Positions 10,369 through 20,596 of a stretch of DNA of 64,000 bases are shown piece after piece (the stretch's first letter is position 1; every line of letters begins with the position of its first letter). This stretch comes from a virus. The stretch lies in IMG/VR virus record IMGVR_UViG_3300027302_000005, positions 18,458 through 82,457 of that record; one strand, 5' to 3'. The translations under genes and the position numbers were made by a program. Under the pieces are notes generated by a model. The model did no database searches. It saw nothing but the letters and a program-made list of their open reading frames with translations, and was not told where the DNA came from.

Positions 10369-11361
10369 TTGTCAGTGTTTAAAGAAAGTGCTTCATACCG
10401 CCCATTCACATATCCTTGGGCAATGGAAGCAAGTAAGAAACATGCAGTAGAGATGTTCTGGGATGTGCATCAATTAGATTTACAAGATGACTTGCGTCAG
10501 TACAATACAGTTGGTGGACTCGCTACAAAGAATGTAAGTCACGAAACAAACAAGTATATCATTGACCAGTTGCTTTGTGTATTTACTGAAATGGACAAAA
10601 CCGTTGCAAGCGGATATATTCAGTTGTTGCCATACATTAAGAACAATGAAGCTCGTACTTGGTTCTTGACAGCAGCGCAGCGAGAGACGGTTCATCAGCG
10701 TGGATATGCCTTGGCTGCTGAGACGTTTGGATTCTCTGATAAGGATTGGAGTAAGTTTGCTGAATACGCTGAAATGCGTGAGAAGCTAGATGCAATGACT
10801 GCTGAAAACCTGAATGGACGAGACGAATATAAGGCTGCTGTCATCTTGGCTACAATTCTGCTAGGGGAGGGCATTGGCTTGTTTGGTGCGTTTGCTTGTT
10901 TGTTGAATTACAAGCGCCAAGGTTTGATCATGGGCTTTAATGATGTCAACCAATGGTCGTTAAGCGACGAACAAGACCATGTGACGCAAAACATTCGCTG
11001 GCTGGAAGAGATGCGTAAGGACTTGACTGAAGCTGAGAATTGGCAACTTAACAAGGTTATTCGTCAAGTTGTACATCGCTTTGTTGAAGCTGAACATCGT
11101 TTTATTGAACTTGTCTACTCTCTTGGTCAACAAGAAGACATGACAGAAGAACAGTTGAAACAATACATCACATTCTTAGGTCAATTGCGGTTGTTCCAGT
11201 TGGATTTGCTGAGCCTTGAGGAAGTTCCTACGAATCCGCTTGATTGGATGGAGTGGATGTTGTCTGCCGGTAAACATGATGCTTTCTTTGAGAAGCGCGT
11301 TACGGACTACTCTCATCGTAAACTAGATGGGAAAGTGGATTACAGTAAATACCGTAAATAA
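10369..11361 (+). CDS. nrdB: class I ribonucleotide reductase beta subunit
   Basis: ETVHQRGY, EG, DEQDH diiron/radical motifs, FFEKRVTDY; TTG start after AAGGAG. Confidence 0.96.
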   Translation: MSVFKESASYRPFTYPWAMEASKKHAVEMFWDVHQLDLQDDLRQYNTVGGLATKNVSHETNKYIIDQLLCVFTEMDKTVASGYIQLLPYIKNNEARTWFLTAAQRETVHQRGYALAAETFGFSDKDWSKFAEYAEMREKLDAMTAENLNGRDEYKAAVILATILLGEGIGLFGAFACLLNYKRQGLIMGFNDVNQWSLSDEQDHVTQNIRWLEEMRKDLTEAENWQLNKVIRQVVHRFVEAEHRFIELVYSLGQQEDMTEEQLKQYITFLGQLRLFQLDLLSLEEVPTNPLDWMEWMLSAGKHDAFFEKRVTDYSHRKLDGKVDYSKYRK

Positions 11362-11365
11362 CTTG

Positions 11366-11395
11366 TTGACAAGCACAAGGATGTGCTGTTATGCT
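11366..11395 (+). promoter_or_regulatory. sigma70-type promoter
   Basis: TTGACA-N18-TATGCT with extended TG. Confidence 0.65.
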
Positions 11396-11437
11396 TCACT
11401 TACTTTAACAGACAAGCCGAATGGTTGGAGAATTGAC

Positions 11438-12001
11438 ATGAACAAACCTAAACTGAAAGACATCGGTATTACCACAGAAAACTACCGGGAACATCTGAAA
11501 ATTGGTGATAAGGTATGGGTGGATGAGGGTGGAGAGAGTGTTGCTACTGTTGTGGAGTTCGATGATAGGGTTAAAACTGACCTCAAAGTTAAGGTGGATG
11601 GGGATTGCGATTCGTGGCCTTGGTTGTATAACATCCACCTCATTGACAACGAAGCACCTGAAAGCCATGATACCACTCAATTCAAAGCAATGAAGATTCG
11701 TATCAAAGATGAAGAACATTCTCGTCTTGTGCAGGAGACACTGTTTGGGATGGGGTGTGGGTGGGATTATGACAGTAAAACGGTGAAACACACAGGCGAA
11801 GAGGTTCTCTGGGTAGATGATGGAACTATCTCTTACTCTGATATGAGTAGTTTCAATGAGTTTCCAAATAAGGAGATGGAACTTGTCACTTCCTACTCTC
11901 TTCGGCCTATACCGAAGTCAGAAAAAGACTTGCAAATTGAAGCCCTGCAAAAGCAGATTGAAGCTTTGCAAGAACAACTGAACGAACTGAAAAATGACTA
12001 G
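11438..12001 (+). CDS. hypothetical protein with C-terminal coiled coil
   Basis: GGAG RBS; QIEALQKQIEALQEQL. Confidence 0.7.
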   Translation: MNKPKLKDIGITTENYREHLKIGDKVWVDEGGESVATVVEFDDRVKTDLKVKVDGDCDSWPWLYNIHLIDNEAPESHDTTQFKAMKIRIKDEEHSRLVQETLFGMGCGWDYDSKTVKHTGEEVLWVDDGTISYSDMSSFNEFPNKEMELVTSYSLRPIPKSEKDLQIEALQKQIEALQEQLNELKND

Positions 12002-12284
12002 AGAAGAACTTTCTTCACATCTTCTGTCCCTTGGGTGGGAGATGTCACATTTCGGTAATCTATCCACTCTTGTAACACAAGTGGGGAGACATGGATTGCC
12101 AGTTGTTGTAAAATACACTATCCGCTTCACCAAGGTTAGTGCTATAATTTACAAGGAAGACGTAGAAGCTCCGTTGACACTTGGTTGGTTTCAACGTAAC
12201 ATCCGGCTAGGAAGCAGTAAGCTGATTGGCATAACGCCTAGAGAGGATGGGAGTGTTTGTATTGGTGGCGTTGTTATTAAATGA
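11994..12284 (+). CDS. hypothetical protein
   Basis: Overlapping ORF. Confidence 0.6.
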   Translation: MTREELSSHLLSLGWEMSHFGNLSTLVTQVGRHGLPVVVKYTIRFTKVSAIIYKEDVEAPLTLGWFQRNIRLGSSKLIGITPREDGSVCIGGVVIK

Positions 12285-12299
12285 CTAGAGAGAAGAATC

Positions 12300-12563
12300 A
12301 TGCTTGAAGCAGTGTATTTGGTAGGGTGTGTTGTATTTGTTGGTATCTATGGATACTGGTGTCAGACACACATTGAGAACAAAGCCTTGATGTTCTTTGC
12401 TTCTCTGGTTGGTGGGATGATTATTGGGACAGCTATTCATGTTGTTCTGGTTGATTCAGTCAACAACACAAACACAGATGTAGGTTTTTGGATGGAAGCT
12501 GCAAAGATGCAGATTATTGACATTGAACAGGAAGATCGTTCAGTTTTTGAAGCAGGAAATTAA
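12300..12563 (+). CDS. membrane protein
   Basis: Two hydrophobic segments. Confidence 0.6.
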   Translation: MLEAVYLVGCVVFVGIYGYWCQTHIENKALMFFASLVGGMIIGTAIHVVLVDSVNNTNTDVGFWMEAAKMQIIDIEQEDRSVFEAGN

Positions 12564-12581
12564 AAGAGAGTGGTGAAGGAA

Positions 12582-12701
12582 ATGTTTGAAATGATGCGGG
12601 TGGAGACGCTACAATCCTTTGTAGCGTTTTCTATTACAGTTGTTGTCGCTATGGCGATGCTTTGGTTGTTCTACAATAATGACAACGACAGGTGGCCGTA
12701 A
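12582..12701 (+). CDS. small membrane peptide (not in ORF track)
   Basis: AAGGA RBS, 39 aa with one hydrophobic helix, ends 1 nt from the convergent gene. Confidence 0.5.
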   Translation: MFEMMRVETLQSFVAFSITVVVAMAMLWLFYNNDNDRWP

Positions 12702-12702
12702 A

Positions 12703-13116
12703 TCATGGCAACTTAGGATTACTCACGTTCATTCTAGTCTCTAGCACTTGAATGCGTTGACTCACTTCGCTTATCTTCCCTTCATGCTCTTTGATGTTGG
12801 TTAGTCCATCTTTAGCTATGAACAGACCGAGAGCGGCAACAATACTCACTGTCACCCCACCTACAGCGAAAGCTCCCTTCAACCATCCCATCCCTTGATC
12901 TATCTGTTGTTTCTTCTTGTCGTAATCTTCCCTGAGCTTATCCACTTCCTTGGACAAGTTGTCGTGCTTTTCATTGTAGACAATAGCCTTGTCAATCTTG
13001 GTTTGAATATCCATCAGCACTTTCTGGATACCATTCAACACCACATCGTTTGTCCCTTTCTCAGCTTCCAGCCTTGTAACACGATTAAGAATATCTTGTT
13101 GTTGCTCAGGTGTCAT
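12703..13116 (-). CDS. coiled-coil membrane protein of lysis cassette (holin-associated)
   Basis: Coiled coil plus one TM segment, downstream of endolysin/holin. Confidence 0.55.
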   Translation of the reverse strand: MTPEQQQDILNRVTRLEAEKGTNDVVLNGIQKVLMDIQTKIDKAIVYNEKHDNLSKEVDKLREDYDKKKQQIDQGMGWLKGAFAVGGVTVSIVAALGLFIAKDGLTNIKEHEGKISEVSQRIQVLETRMNVSNPKLP

Positions 13117-13408
13117 TTGATTCCATCCCTCTTGTCTTGGTTTCCGTATTCTTAGTCATTACGTAAGAGACGCTGCTTCCAGTAATCAACAAACCAATAA
13201 TCCACAACAACGTTTCATTCAGTGTAGAATATACAAACTGAAACTGAATAGCAGGAACACCAATACTAAGGCCAACGATAACACCTAACATTGTGAAAGA
13301 GACAATAGCGGCAACCAACACACCTATTACATATCCAAGACGTTTTGTACTAGGGAAAGATGTCTTTGCATCTGACATTGCTTTCTGAATAAACTCAATC
13401 CATTTCAT
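13106..13408 (-). CDS. putative holin
   Basis: Two TM segments, PSTKR motif, coupled to endolysin. Confidence 0.6.
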   Translation of the reverse strand: MKWIEFIQKAMSDAKTSFPSTKRLGYVIGVLVAAIVSFTMLGVIVGLSIGVPAIQFQFVYSTLNETLLWIIGLLITGSSVSYVMTKNTETKTRGMESNDT

Positions 13409-14052
13409 TTCTTTTTATTCTCCGATAGCAAATCAGCCAATATCTTCTTTCTCAATGTTTCACGTTCTGGGTGACCAAGAGCAGCACTTCCGTTAATCCC
13501 TTTTGTAACAGATAACCAATTGCCAGCATCTACACTGGCATTCAACAACCTGCTTTGCCACCACCAAGCCCCACATAGAACGGCATACCAAGGCTCTTCC
13601 AGAAACTCAGGATGTTGAACTACATCGACACCAGAAGCTTTGAAGAAAGCTTTATAGTTGTCCTTGAACGTCAGATGGCAAGCCCCTCTTCCCCTGTATC
13701 TATACCCATCACCAGACTGTTCATCTCCGTTGCCATATTTATTGGCATATACACGGTTGGCAATGTTAGCCGGTTTCCCGGCATACAGCTTGGCTAGATA
13801 AAGAGAGGGAAACTTACTTGGGAATACAGCCATAAGTCGCTCAGGGGACGTGTAATTGGTGTTCTCTACCAACCTAGTCCACCCCATTGTCTCATGTCCA
13901 AACTGCCCTAAAAAGGCAGATAGACGCTCTGGCGTGGCATTGATTCCATCCTTAGTTAGAAGCTGATTGAAGGCTGCTACATAGTCTCTGGTTTCCTTAC
14001 ATTTAGGGAACCAACGTTTCAGTTGTTCTTCGGTTAGTTGAATTGCTGTCAT
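13405..14052 (-). CDS. GH19 endolysin
   Basis: FLGQFGHET, ENTNY, GDGYRYRGRG, TKGING. Confidence 0.92.
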   Translation of the reverse strand: MTAIQLTEEQLKRWFPKCKETRDYVAAFNQLLTKDGINATPERLSAFLGQFGHETMGWTRLVENTNYTSPERLMAVFPSKFPSLYLAKLYAGKPANIANRVYANKYGNGDEQSGDGYRYRGRGACHLTFKDNYKAFFKASGVDVVQHPEFLEEPWYAVLCGAWWWQSRLLNASVDAGNWLSVTKGINGSAALGHPERETLRKKILADLLSENKKK

Positions 14053-14073
14053 GTTGTATGTTCCCTATTTATT

Positions 14074-15153
14074 TTAATAACCGATTGCAAACCAAGTGAT
14101 AGCTCTACCGTTGCTTCCAGCAACAACCTTATCTGCATGAAATACAAAAGAGGATGCACTCATTGTACGCAACGATATAATCATTTCGCAATCAGATTGA
14201 TTAGCCACGTTGTACAGGGTTGGTGTTACAACAAGGCAAGCTGTCGGGAAAGAAACAGGAAGGTTGATAGTGGTTTGCTCACCATCTGTAAAGTTACTTC
14301 CCTTGTCATACACTCCCCATTGCAGAATCAATCCACCGGGGAGCTTCTGATACCCGTTAGTTGTCAATCCTTGCTGACCAGAGTCATTGAAGAAGCCAGT
14401 GAAGGAGCCGGGAGTCATAAACTTGGTTGTGCTTGTCCCTGTCTTGGCATCAGCAATAGAAGCAGTCTTTGCAACAAGGTTGGTGGCCAGCTTCAAGGAC
14501 GTAACGTATGCCAAGTCGTCAGCACCAGCATTCACTTCAGCCTGTGTAGCAATCTCACTAATACCAGCAGTAGTCTCAGTGGCTTGTCCTGTCTTAGCAT
14601 CAAACTGACTCTTACGGACGGCATGATTACCACTTGTTGCAGTACCAACCAAGAATGTCTGACTGCTATTCCCTGCCTTTGGGGCAAATGTAGCATCACA
14701 TTCAGCAATCGAATATACAGAGAGATTAGAACGTGCTGCTGTTACATTAGACAATCCAGCCAAAGTTCCATAATTGGTAATATGACTTGTAAGGGCTGAA
14801 TTAACAGTGGAAGCAGCACCATAATCATCAAAAGCACGAGTCCAATATCCTGTTTCAACGTCAGGGGTTTTGTTAGTGCCTGTCTGAATCGCTTTATAGA
14901 CGATTCCGTTATATTGAACATAGCTTGCATACCCGGAAGCATATTGGTATTCAGTAGTGCTGTCCCACTCACTAACCCCCATCTGGTAGGAATAAGCAAT
15001 CCCTTTATCTTGACGATTCTGAATCCAGTTCATGTATTCGTTAGCTGGTTTCTCAACAACCCAACCAGTTTGTTTCTTTACATCACTAGGAACAGAAATA
15101 CTTCCAGCTTGCGCCCACTGAATGCTAATATCGGGCTTACTAATTTTAGCCAT
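14074..15153 (-). CDS. tail fibre protein
   Basis: Anchor domain EKPANEYMNWIQNRQD; C-terminal NGYQKLPGGLILQWG...WFAIGY. Confidence 0.9.
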   Translation of the reverse strand: MAKISKPDISIQWAQAGSISVPSDVKKQTGWVVEKPANEYMNWIQNRQDKGIAYSYQMGVSEWDSTTEYQYASGYASYVQYNGIVYKAIQTGTNKTPDVETGYWTRAFDDYGAASTVNSALTSHITNYGTLAGLSNVTAARSNLSVYSIAECDATFAPKAGNSSQTFLVGTATSGNHAVRKSQFDAKTGQATETTAGISEIATQAEVNAGADDLAYVTSLKLATNLVAKTASIADAKTGTSTTKFMTPGSFTGFFNDSGQQGLTTNGYQKLPGGLILQWGVYDKGSNFTDGEQTTINLPVSFPTACLVVTPTLYNVANQSDCEMIISLRTMSASSFVFHADKVVAGSNGRAITWFAIGY

Positions 15154-15170
15154 TATTTAGTTCTCCCATA

Positions 15171-15617
15171 TTACCAAGTAGCCAACGCAGCGCGTTTCCA
15201 TGTGTTAGTGGCTGTACAGACATAAATATAATCTGAATCGACAGCCCAATCACCAGATGTTCCTGTAGCAGAAGCAGAAGCTGGAGCAGCGACCCATTTC
15301 TTCCCATACAATTTCCAATAAGCTGTTTCAGACGCTGGATTCTTGTTGGTTCCGGTTTGAATAGAAACGTATATATTTCCACTGTACGTTACAAAGCTGC
15401 TTCCATTCTGATATTCAATACTACTATCCCATTCAGGAATCCCTTGCTGATACAGATAAGCAATAGACTGGTCTTGACGATTCTCTACGTAGTTCCACCA
15501 CTGGACAGGAGGTTTTTCAACAATCCAACCAAGCTCGATTTTTGCGTTTGTAGGGGAGGCCACATCCCCTCCCGATGCCCATTTATACGTCAATGACGGA
15601 CGAGTTTCTTTTGCCAC
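15171..15617 (-). CDS. short tail fibre paralog/adaptor
   Basis: N-terminal about 100 aa paralogous to the downstream fibre. Confidence 0.75.
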   Translation of the reverse strand: MAKETRPSLTYKWASGGDVASPTNAKIELGWIVEKPPVQWWNYVENRQDQSIAYLYQQGIPEWDSSIEYQNGSSFVTYSGNIYVSIQTGTNKNPASETAYWKLYGKKWVAAPASASATGTSGDWAVDSDYIYVCTATNTWKRAALATW

Positions 15618-15640
15618 TTTATTATTCTCCTAATCCGTTA

Positions 15641-17164
15641 TTAAACGAAAGCAAATCCAGTACGAGTAGACGGGGTTGTAAACTTCTTTCCGATACTGCT
15701 AATCACCCATCCACGCTTCACACCACCTGCTGCCAAAGCTCCTGTGTGTACAACAGTTACAGCTTCGGACAGGCATTTACCAGAGGTAATAACACCTGTG
15801 TTATGTGTAGCAACTAGCGTTCCGTCAATCCAGAACTGAACACTCCCATCTGTATTAATCTTAATTCGCAACGCTCTGAAAATATCAACAGCAGCGGTAA
15901 CAGCCGTGACAGTTGTTTCAGTTGTAGCATCAGAACCAGATTTACATTGCCAGTATGTAGATGTGTTGTCAGTGAAGAAATAGGCGGCTGATCGGTCATT
16001 GCTAGATGTGGAATCAATACTTGCAAACGGGTCAGCAGCATAGGAAGCATGTCCACCTGTTGTAGCAGCACTGTAATACCCATTATAGAAGAAACCGAAT
16101 CGCTGTTCAAAATTGTTTCCAGCAGTCGGTACGTTTCCATACAGTGAGGCAAACATAATGGTCTGGAAGGTTGCCCCTGTTGTCCACACGGTATCGCTCA
16201 GATTCAGATTTAATAAATCTGGCCTGCGAATCAAGGATGCGGAATATGTAGTGGATGACGTATTGGAATACAGAGCTACTGCCCCAATTGCCTTTTCATA
16301 TCCGCTAATAGCTGCGAAATCTGTTTGATAGAAGTTTGTTGAATTGGAAGCAGGAGTGATATAAGGCCCATCACCAAACGGGGTTGTTCTGTTTACAAAG
16401 TGGTAGATACCTTCTATTGTGGTAGAAATATTAGTTGTATTGCTACTTACAAGAGAATCTACATAGCTCTTAACTGCCCCTTGAGTTGGATACAATGTAT
16501 TGCTTGTACCGAGAGACGTAGAAGAATCTTTGTTAGCAGCATTCTCAGCTACATACCCGATGTTGTTCTGACCAATAGCCCAATTAGCTTGAGTGTTGCC
16601 GGGAGTGTCAATCAGTGCTCGTACTGTATCGCCCACTTCAACAGTTTGTGCAGTGGGGAGAGTGCCAGCTACGCTGATAGTCCAAATATCCCCTTTCTTG
16701 ATAGCGCCAGCGGTTCCAGAGCCACCAGACGAAGGATAGGAGCCACCAGAAGCATTGAAGTTTCCACGGTCATTCCACAGGCCAGTGATAACGCTATCAG
16801 CGTAGGCTCTGTCACCAAGGGGGTCTAGCACCCAAGCAGAGCCGTTATAGCCAATCAACCGTCCACTATTAACATCCTTAACAAGCCAGCCATTCTGAGG
16901 GGTGTAGAACGTCCATCCAGCGTCAAGATACACAGCCAGCTTTGTAGATTGTCCACTCCATGCGCCGGAAGCACCAGCAGCAACGATGTATCTATCGCCG
17001 GATGTAGGGGAAACGGGTGGAGAGGAAAGCGTATAATCCTTGACAGAACATTGCATCAGTGTGTCAATGCGTTTAAGGTTGGCATCCATGCCAGTGTTCC
17101 AGCCATCTTCCCCGGCTGTCCAAGCGTATTGAATCCCGTTATTGGGAAGAGTTGTAGCTGCCAT
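15641..17164 (-). CDS. tail fibre/receptor-binding protein with DUF2793-like N-terminus
   Basis: SPP.SPTSGDRYIVAAGASGAWSGQ...WTFYTPQNGW; beta-rich lectin-like C-terminus. Confidence 0.75.
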   Translation of the reverse strand: MAATTLPNNGIQYAWTAGEDGWNTGMDANLKRIDTLMQCSVKDYTLSSPPVSPTSGDRYIVAAGASGAWSGQSTKLAVYLDAGWTFYTPQNGWLVKDVNSGRLIGYNGSAWVLDPLGDRAYADSVITGLWNDRGNFNASGGSYPSSGGSGTAGAIKKGDIWTISVAGTLPTAQTVEVGDTVRALIDTPGNTQANWAIGQNNIGYVAENAANKDSSTSLGTSNTLYPTQGAVKSYVDSLVSSNTTNISTTIEGIYHFVNRTTPFGDGPYITPASNSTNFYQTDFAAISGYEKAIGAVALYSNTSSTTYSASLIRRPDLLNLNLSDTVWTTGATFQTIMFASLYGNVPTAGNNFEQRFGFFYNGYYSAATTGGHASYAADPFASIDSTSSNDRSAAYFFTDNTSTYWQCKSGSDATTETTVTAVTAAVDIFRALRIKINTDGSVQFWIDGTLVATHNTGVITSGKCLSEAVTVVHTGALAAGGVKRGWVISSIGKKFTTPSTRTGFAFV

Positions 17165-17179
17165 TATTATTTTCCATCC

Positions 17180-17953
17180 TTATTGTAAATCTGCAATATA
17201 CCCACCAACATCGGGGTCGGCTGCTGGCGTTCCATAAGAGCCTCCATAACCATATCCATACCCGCCATCTAGCGTACTTAATGTAGAAGCATTAGGGTCT
17301 TCATAGAAACCAAAGTAATCTTCTTCAAAGAATACATAATCAACCGCTACACCGATAGGAATAGGGATGATACTTCCTTGCTCACTAAGCCCTTTAAGGA
17401 AATAGGCTTGGAAGTCAGTAAGGTTGTTCTGTACCTCAAGCGTTATATGAGCAAAAGGTTGTTCAACCAGCGTCGTATTGGCATTACCTGTAACAAAGTT
17501 AATCCCGCTGATAATAGCTTCAGGTGTTGCTCTGGTTGTATTGGCAATAATACGAGCCTTAATCAAAAACCTATACGTTTCATCATCAACTTCAGCACTA
17601 GCCCCTTCTGACTGATTAACGCTACGAAACAAACCACCAATCGTGCTATCAGATATTGTTCCGAAAGTTTCAGCAGCCGTTGCCCCATCAAATCCAAAAT
17701 AAGGGAAAGCATCGTAATTCACCAATGTTCTGGGTTGACCAACAATATCACCGATCAAATCGAGTTGTGCGCCTGTGGCAGTTTCAATACTACGCAACTG
17801 CATTAGGTCTTTATAAACCCCTTGAAGCTCATTCAAGGAATCCATAATCAGTTTAAGATAGGCATCAAAGACAGGCTTGTTCTTAAACTGTTCCGTCACT
17901 CTCCCTCTGCCTTGAGACAAATAATCAACTTCGGTAAAAGCATTAGTAGCCAT
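17180..17953 (-). CDS. baseplate wedge protein (DUF2612-like)
   Basis: TATGAQLDLIGDIVGQPR, DDETYRFLIKARI. Confidence 0.85.
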   Translation of the reverse strand: MATNAFTEVDYLSQGRGRVTEQFKNKPVFDAYLKLIMDSLNELQGVYKDLMQLRSIETATGAQLDLIGDIVGQPRTLVNYDAFPYFGFDGATAAETFGTISDSTIGGLFRSVNQSEGASAEVDDETYRFLIKARIIANTTRATPEAIISGINFVTGNANTTLVEQPFAHITLEVQNNLTDFQAYFLKGLSEQGSIIPIPIGVAVDYVFFEEDYFGFYEDPNASTLSTLDGGYGYGYGGSYGTPAADPDVGGYIADLQ

Positions 17954-17970
17954 GTTGCTTTTCTCCGTTA

Positions 17971-19422
17971 TTAACTATTGACAACAATATCAGCAAGAGT
18001 GATAGTGGCTCGTTTATAATAATCTACAGTGACATTGGTAGTTGCAACAGGTGGGTTGACATCGTCCACCTTCAAAGATGTTACATAGTGACCAGCAACA
18101 GTGTTGATTGGTGTGTAGAGACGGCTGTATATAACATCATCACCAATTCTCAATCCATCAATATAGTCTTTGATAGCTTGCTTAATCTGGTCATCGCCAT
18201 TAACAGGATAATCAGCATCTGTGGTTACATCTACTTCAATATAGATGGGCAGATCGGTAGGGCGATCAAACGAAACATCATGGCTCACACCTTGACTGTC
18301 AACAACACTTTCTGTCACTGTACCATAGCTCAAGATACCGGCAGGTTTGTTGTCCCAAATGGCTTGAGCAATATCAATAGTGCTACCACCTAGAACAATA
18401 GGGTAGAATGAGTGAGCAGGAACACCAATCCCATTGGTTGTATCTGTTTCATTTTCATAAATGATGACTTGTTCAACACCATCAATTTTAAGAATGGCAG
18501 CGTAGATAGCTTCGTATGTATTCACACTGTCTTGGAACTTAGCCAAAGCATATCGTGTACGCAGTTCACTATCTGTCTCAATGTTTGTCCCTTCCACAGC
18601 AGCCGAAGGGTTGGTAACTGTATCCCAACCAATAACAGGAGACTGAATGCTCTGGATTGTATTAGCAGCTTGGCTATTAGGGCCAGTTTCAGTGCAGGTA
18701 GCACTAACACTCTTCTTAACTTTACTGATGTCCCAATCTGTACCAACATCGAATGTACAAGTGTATCCCTGATTAACTTCCTGAATCAGTGCTTCGCTAT
18801 CAACAAGCGTTGCAATCAAGTAAGTGTCATGGTTTGTATTAACTTCGGTGATTATAGCGTTGACAATCTCCGATTCAGTAGCAGAAGAATCAGAAGTAAT
18901 AGAAACAGTAACAGGAGAAGCATTGATACCAGAAATCTGATAGGTAAAACTATAAACCGTAGAGTTGGCAACAGTTGCCGGAGAAATCTGTACAGCAACA
19001 CACAACCCTTCATCCAGAGTGATTTCACTGTCAGTGCTAAATACTTTCCCCGTAGAAGAAGAACGAACATTACTATCAACAGGGATGATCGTGCCGTAGT
19101 CACCATAACATACAAGCTCCGCTGTAGATGCTGTAGCACTCTTACGAGCCACACCACCAGTTAATGTGATATTCTCTAAGGCATTCCCTGTGGCTTCATT
19201 AATGTCATAAGCCGCATATACATCTTGGGCTGCTTCCCACAAATCAGCAATAGGGGCGGCAAACAAATTAATGTATCGACCAAGAACAGATGTATCGCTT
19301 GTATTAACAATATCCCCCGGCTCGACAAGAGAAGCAAACTCGCTTTCCGCTTTAGCCTTCAGTTCCGCAATAATATCATTCAGGCGTTTTACTGAAAAGC
19401 CTGTGCTAGAAAGTCCAGCCAT
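17971..19422 (-). CDS. baseplate J-like protein
   Basis: ATGNALE, GTNIETDSELRTR, KPAGI. Confidence 0.9.
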   Translation of the reverse strand: MAGLSSTGFSVKRLNDIIAELKAKAESEFASLVEPGDIVNTSDTSVLGRYINLFAAPIADLWEAAQDVYAAYDINEATGNALENITLTGGVARKSATASTAELVCYGDYGTIIPVDSNVRSSSTGKVFSTDSEITLDEGLCVAVQISPATVANSTVYSFTYQISGINASPVTVSITSDSSATESEIVNAIITEVNTNHDTYLIATLVDSEALIQEVNQGYTCTFDVGTDWDISKVKKSVSATCTETGPNSQAANTIQSIQSPVIGWDTVTNPSAAVEGTNIETDSELRTRYALAKFQDSVNTYEAIYAAILKIDGVEQVIIYENETDTTNGIGVPAHSFYPIVLGGSTIDIAQAIWDNKPAGILSYGTVTESVVDSQGVSHDVSFDRPTDLPIYIEVDVTTDADYPVNGDDQIKQAIKDYIDGLRIGDDVIYSRLYTPINTVAGHYVTSLKVDDVNPPVATTNVTVDYYKRATITLADIVVNS

Positions 19423-19449
19423 TGTGTTTCTCCTTTCTTGTTATCTTTT

Positions 19450-19818
19450 CTATGCCGTAGGGACGATATTGAATGTTTGTGTTGCTGTAATAGCTCCGTT
19501 CTCTGTCCTCACTTTAAAAGAACAAGAGAACTTCCTATCTGTAGAAATGGACGAGGAATATGACAAGATTTGCAAAGCATCTGGTTCTTTCAATATCTGT
19601 TCTTGCAGCAAAGCATCTACAGCAGCTTTGGAACGATTCTTACCAAACACTCTATTCCACCAATCCACACCTAACGTATTGTCCATAAACCACTCCCCTT
19701 GGAATGTATTTAAGCGGATACGAATACGTTGTGCCAAATCTTCAGCACCAATACTGGTTACAGAGCTTTCACCACCAGTGAAGCTAATATCGCCACTGTC
19801 ATCTAATTTAATATCCAT
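19450..19818 (-). CDS. baseplate wedge/gp25-like protein
   Basis: AQRIRIRLNTFQGEWFMDNTLGVDW. Confidence 0.8.
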   Translation of the reverse strand: MDIKLDDSGDISFTGGESSVTSIGAEDLAQRIRIRLNTFQGEWFMDNTLGVDWWNRVFGKNRSKAAVDALLQEQILKEPDALQILSYSSSISTDRKFSCSFKVRTENGAITATQTFNIVPTA

Positions 19819-19828
19819 GTGTTTCTCC

Positions 19829-20596
19829 TTAGACAACAGCAACCGTATTGCCATTCCACGTAAATACAGGGCTTGTCACAACACAGCTTGTTGATGCACT
19901 GATTGCCACTAACGGCGAAGTGATAGTTGCGGATGTTACAGCGTTAATCGCCGCAATTGGTGCGGTAATTGTTGCCAGTGTCGTGGCTGTAGCATATATT
20001 GCCGGTGCAGAAACAGTGGCAGATGTTGAAGCCGTGACATTCACAGTGGGGGCGATAGCTTCAATCTTCACAGGAGATGTTATTTTTATTTCCCCTGTAG
20101 GCTTCATCCGTATTTCACATTCATTGTCTGCCCCAATGTTATGGACAATAACAGCATCTTGTGTTGAATGTGGGAGAGTACGATTGGTTTGCTTATTGAT
20201 TGACAATCCAAACGGGTGAATACCGGGGATAGCTACAGCATCTCTCTTGTCAAAACGTCTGTAATCATTAGGCGGTTGAACTGTTCCATCACCAGATTTG
20301 AATACATCCATACTGACTTGGCTGAACATCAACCACACCGTATCACCCGCTTTAACAGGGAATGTAAAAGCACTTGTGCTGCTGGATTGGAATATCAACG
20401 GGACAGAGAGGATAGTGGGATGTTCTTCATCCTCAGTCCAGTCAGGGAAAACCATATTCACCATTGGCTTGACATCAACACGACATTCTTCTTCGTTTCT
20501 AACACCCATCACAATACCGGGCATAGCTGTATATACGCCACGCATTTGGTATTCAAAGAAGGCTTTCATTGCGCTTTCAAAAGTCATGTCTGTCAT
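19829..20596 (-). CDS. baseplate central spike (gp138-like)
   Basis: FPVKAGDTVWLMFS, RRFDKRDAVAIPG, C-terminal beta-helix repeats. Confidence 0.85.
   Translation of the reverse strand: MTDMTFESAMKAFFEYQMRGVYTAMPGIVMGVRNEEECRVDVKPMVNMVFPDWTEDEEHPTILSVPLIFQSSSTSAFTFPVKAGDTVWLMFSQVSMDVFKSGDGTVQPPNDYRRFDKRDAVAIPGIHPFGLSINKQTNRTLPHSTQDAVIVHNIGADNECEIRMKPTGEIKITSPVKIEAIAPTVNVTASTSATVSAPAIYATATTLATITAPIAAINAVTSATITSPLVAISASTSCVVTSPVFTWNGNTVAVV

Noticed and set aside
10369-11361. Metal-free or otherwise atypical RNR beta subunit
   Set aside because: Asp/Glu/His ligands and the radical Tyr appear to be present
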